Assembly (NCBI RefSeq): GCF_006345805.1
Contig: NW_021828256.1
Coordinates: 1-8,891, forward strand
Direction of reading: 5' to 3'
DNA length: 8,891 nt
From: Octopus sinensis
Taxonomy: Eukaryota
The first letter of the stretch is position 1. The number at the start of each line of letters is the position of its first letter. Below the pieces are notes generated by a model that saw only the letters and a list, made by a program, of their open reading frames with translations, ran no database searches and had not been told where the DNA came from. A program made the position numbers and the translations under genes. This document shows, one piece after another, positions 7,508 to 8,891 of the stretch.

Positions 7508-7562
7508 TACGAGGGGTATTCGTTAAAGGTTGCCCCTGACCTACTTTCCCCTGACCTACTTT
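7508..7562 (+). mobile_element. Isolated mariner-like terminus (TA-CGAGGG) with a 15-bp tandem duplication
   Basis: tacgaggggtattcgttaaaggttg is followed by cccctgacctacttt twice (7533-7547 and 7548-7562). Confidence 0.5.
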
Positions 7563-7692
7563 CTGATTTTGAGAAGCCTAATTTCTCAAGATTAGTATTT
7601 AGGCAGTGTGTTACATATCCAAATGCTCCAATAATTACAGGTATAAACCTGAACTTGTAACCTGGTTGGAGTAGCTGTAGATTCCTCAATAT
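7555..7692 (-). mobile_element. R4/Dong-like LINE C-terminal (restriction-like endonuclease region) fragment
   Basis: LRNLQLLQPGYKFRFIPVIIGAFGYVTHCLNTNLEKLGFS contains the PVIIGALG-type motif of RLE-clade LINE C-termini. Confidence 0.85.
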
Positions 7693-7703
7693 GCATGCAT
7701 TAA

Positions 7704-7734
7704 ATGTATGTATGTATGTATGTATGTATGTATG

Positions 7735-7764
<30 letters not shown>
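7704..7764. repeat. (TATG)n microsatellite
   Basis: Directly visible. Confidence 0.97.
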
Positions 7765-7765
<1 letters not shown>

Positions 7766-7844
7766 GGACTGGGATGATGGACCGTGAAGTCTGGCGTAAC
7801 ATAGTAAATTCCATTGTCTCGACCACGGTCGAACAAAAAAAAAA
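7765..7844 (+). mobile_element. RTE-like LINE extreme 3' end with A-tail
   Basis: RTGMMDREVWRNIVNSIVSTTVEQ carries the DR..WR motif typical of RTE-clade ORF ends, followed by an A-run. Confidence 0.7.
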
Positions 7845-7868
7845 TGTATGTATGTATGTATGCATGTA

Positions 7869-8377
7869 CCGTAAATCCTCGAGTATAGTCCGCCCTTGAG
7901 TACGCACGGGATTTTTAGGGTGCTGTACCTCTGAAAAACCTAAACCTTGTGTATAATACGCAACCCCCTTCTCTAACTTGAGTCAAGGAGGTCTATATAA
8001 CGTCCTTGGTTTGTAAAAATGTATAGGGTAACGCCCTTTATTATTATTGTATATATAACATAAAGCAAACGTGTAGCTTTTTTGTGCATTTTGTTTGCAG
8101 AAAATAAAGAAATAACAGTAATAACGTTTAATAAATGTTGCTTACTGCAAGTTATGGATGATTCTTTTATGACTTCATTGCTTTCAGGCTTAGCTTAAGG
8201 TATTTTCGCGCCCGACATCACAAAATGCGTCTGAATAAACATTGCCGGACAGCAAATAGAGACTCGGACATTGCTTAGAAAATAATTTTCATTTTTAACC
8301 TCGTGTATAATACGCACTAGGGATTTTGACCTTTAAATTTTGGGGAAAAAATGCGGATTATACTCGAGGATTTACGA
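7869..8377. mobile_element. Non-autonomous Tc2/pogo-type DNA transposon (MITE), 509 bp
   Basis: 25-bp TIRs ccgtaaatcctcgagtatagtccgc (7869-7893) and 8353-8377 match at 23/25. TA flanks lie at 7867-7868 and 8378-8379, with subterminal gtgtataatacgca repeats. Confidence 0.93.
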
Positions 8378-8767
8378 TATGTTCTCTTCTGCTTTTAATC
8401 ATTTAAATTTTTCCTTTGAAAAAGGAGCGGATTTCTAACAAAGATACAAAGCTCCACCATTGGAATGTAGATAACGAAAAACTGTCACATTTTAAACCCG
8501 AGAAAAGTGTTGCATGGTTTTACTGTTCCGCTTATAGATTGTATTTGTAAAGTGCGAGACAGCTGGTTGATTTCTCTTTCTGAAAAATCCAAGCTTATCC
8601 AAACTGACAGTTAAGGCATTTACTTTCAAAGCTAAATGCGCCGGTCAGTATTGGTATAAATGTAAATTGGTAATCCGGATAAAGAAGCAGGAGGTCTCGA
8701 AGCAGTCGTCCATGGTTATCTTCGTTCCTTTTGATTTTCAAAGAGATGTGCACATCAGTAGGACAGC

Positions 8768-8801
8768 TGTATGTACGTATGCATGTATGTATGTATGTAT
8801 G

Positions 8802-8832
<31 letters not shown>

Positions 8833-8891
8833 GTATGTATGTATGTATGTGTGTATGTATATATGTTGTATGTATGTCTGTATGTTTTATG
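8768..8891. repeat. (TATG)n microsatellite
   Basis: Directly visible. Confidence 0.95.

Noticed and set aside
1121-7532. TACGAGGG termini at 1151 and 7508 as the two ends of one element
   Set aside because: They face away from each other and diverge after the first 8 bp.
7555-7692. C-terminus of the same LINE copy as 4617-6624
   Set aside because: It is on the opposite strand and much less decayed, so it is likely an independent insertion.

Overview
Repeat-saturated, non-genic eukaryotic DNA. The SINE and LINE families resemble, from recall rather than a search, those of octopod cephalopods. No intact host gene is supportable: the ORF-track proteins are microsatellite translations, chance frames or transposon remnants. 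The window holds microsatellites, several tRNA-derived SINEs (one inserted antisense into another), Tc1/mariner fragments, and a Tc2/pogo-type non-autonomous element. It also holds a decayed R4/Dong-like LINE reverse transcriptase (about 4617-6624) whose motifs rejoin after removing three nested insertions: an 83-bp inverted-repeat element, an internally deleted mariner and a solo LTR. A CpG-rich 140-bp tandem repeat follows the LINE. The most interesting signals are three hammerhead-ribozyme-like motifs. Two are minimal Penelope-type hammerheads in an inverted repeat around a (TAT)n tract, and one is an unrelated motif with a compensated U3-A8 core.
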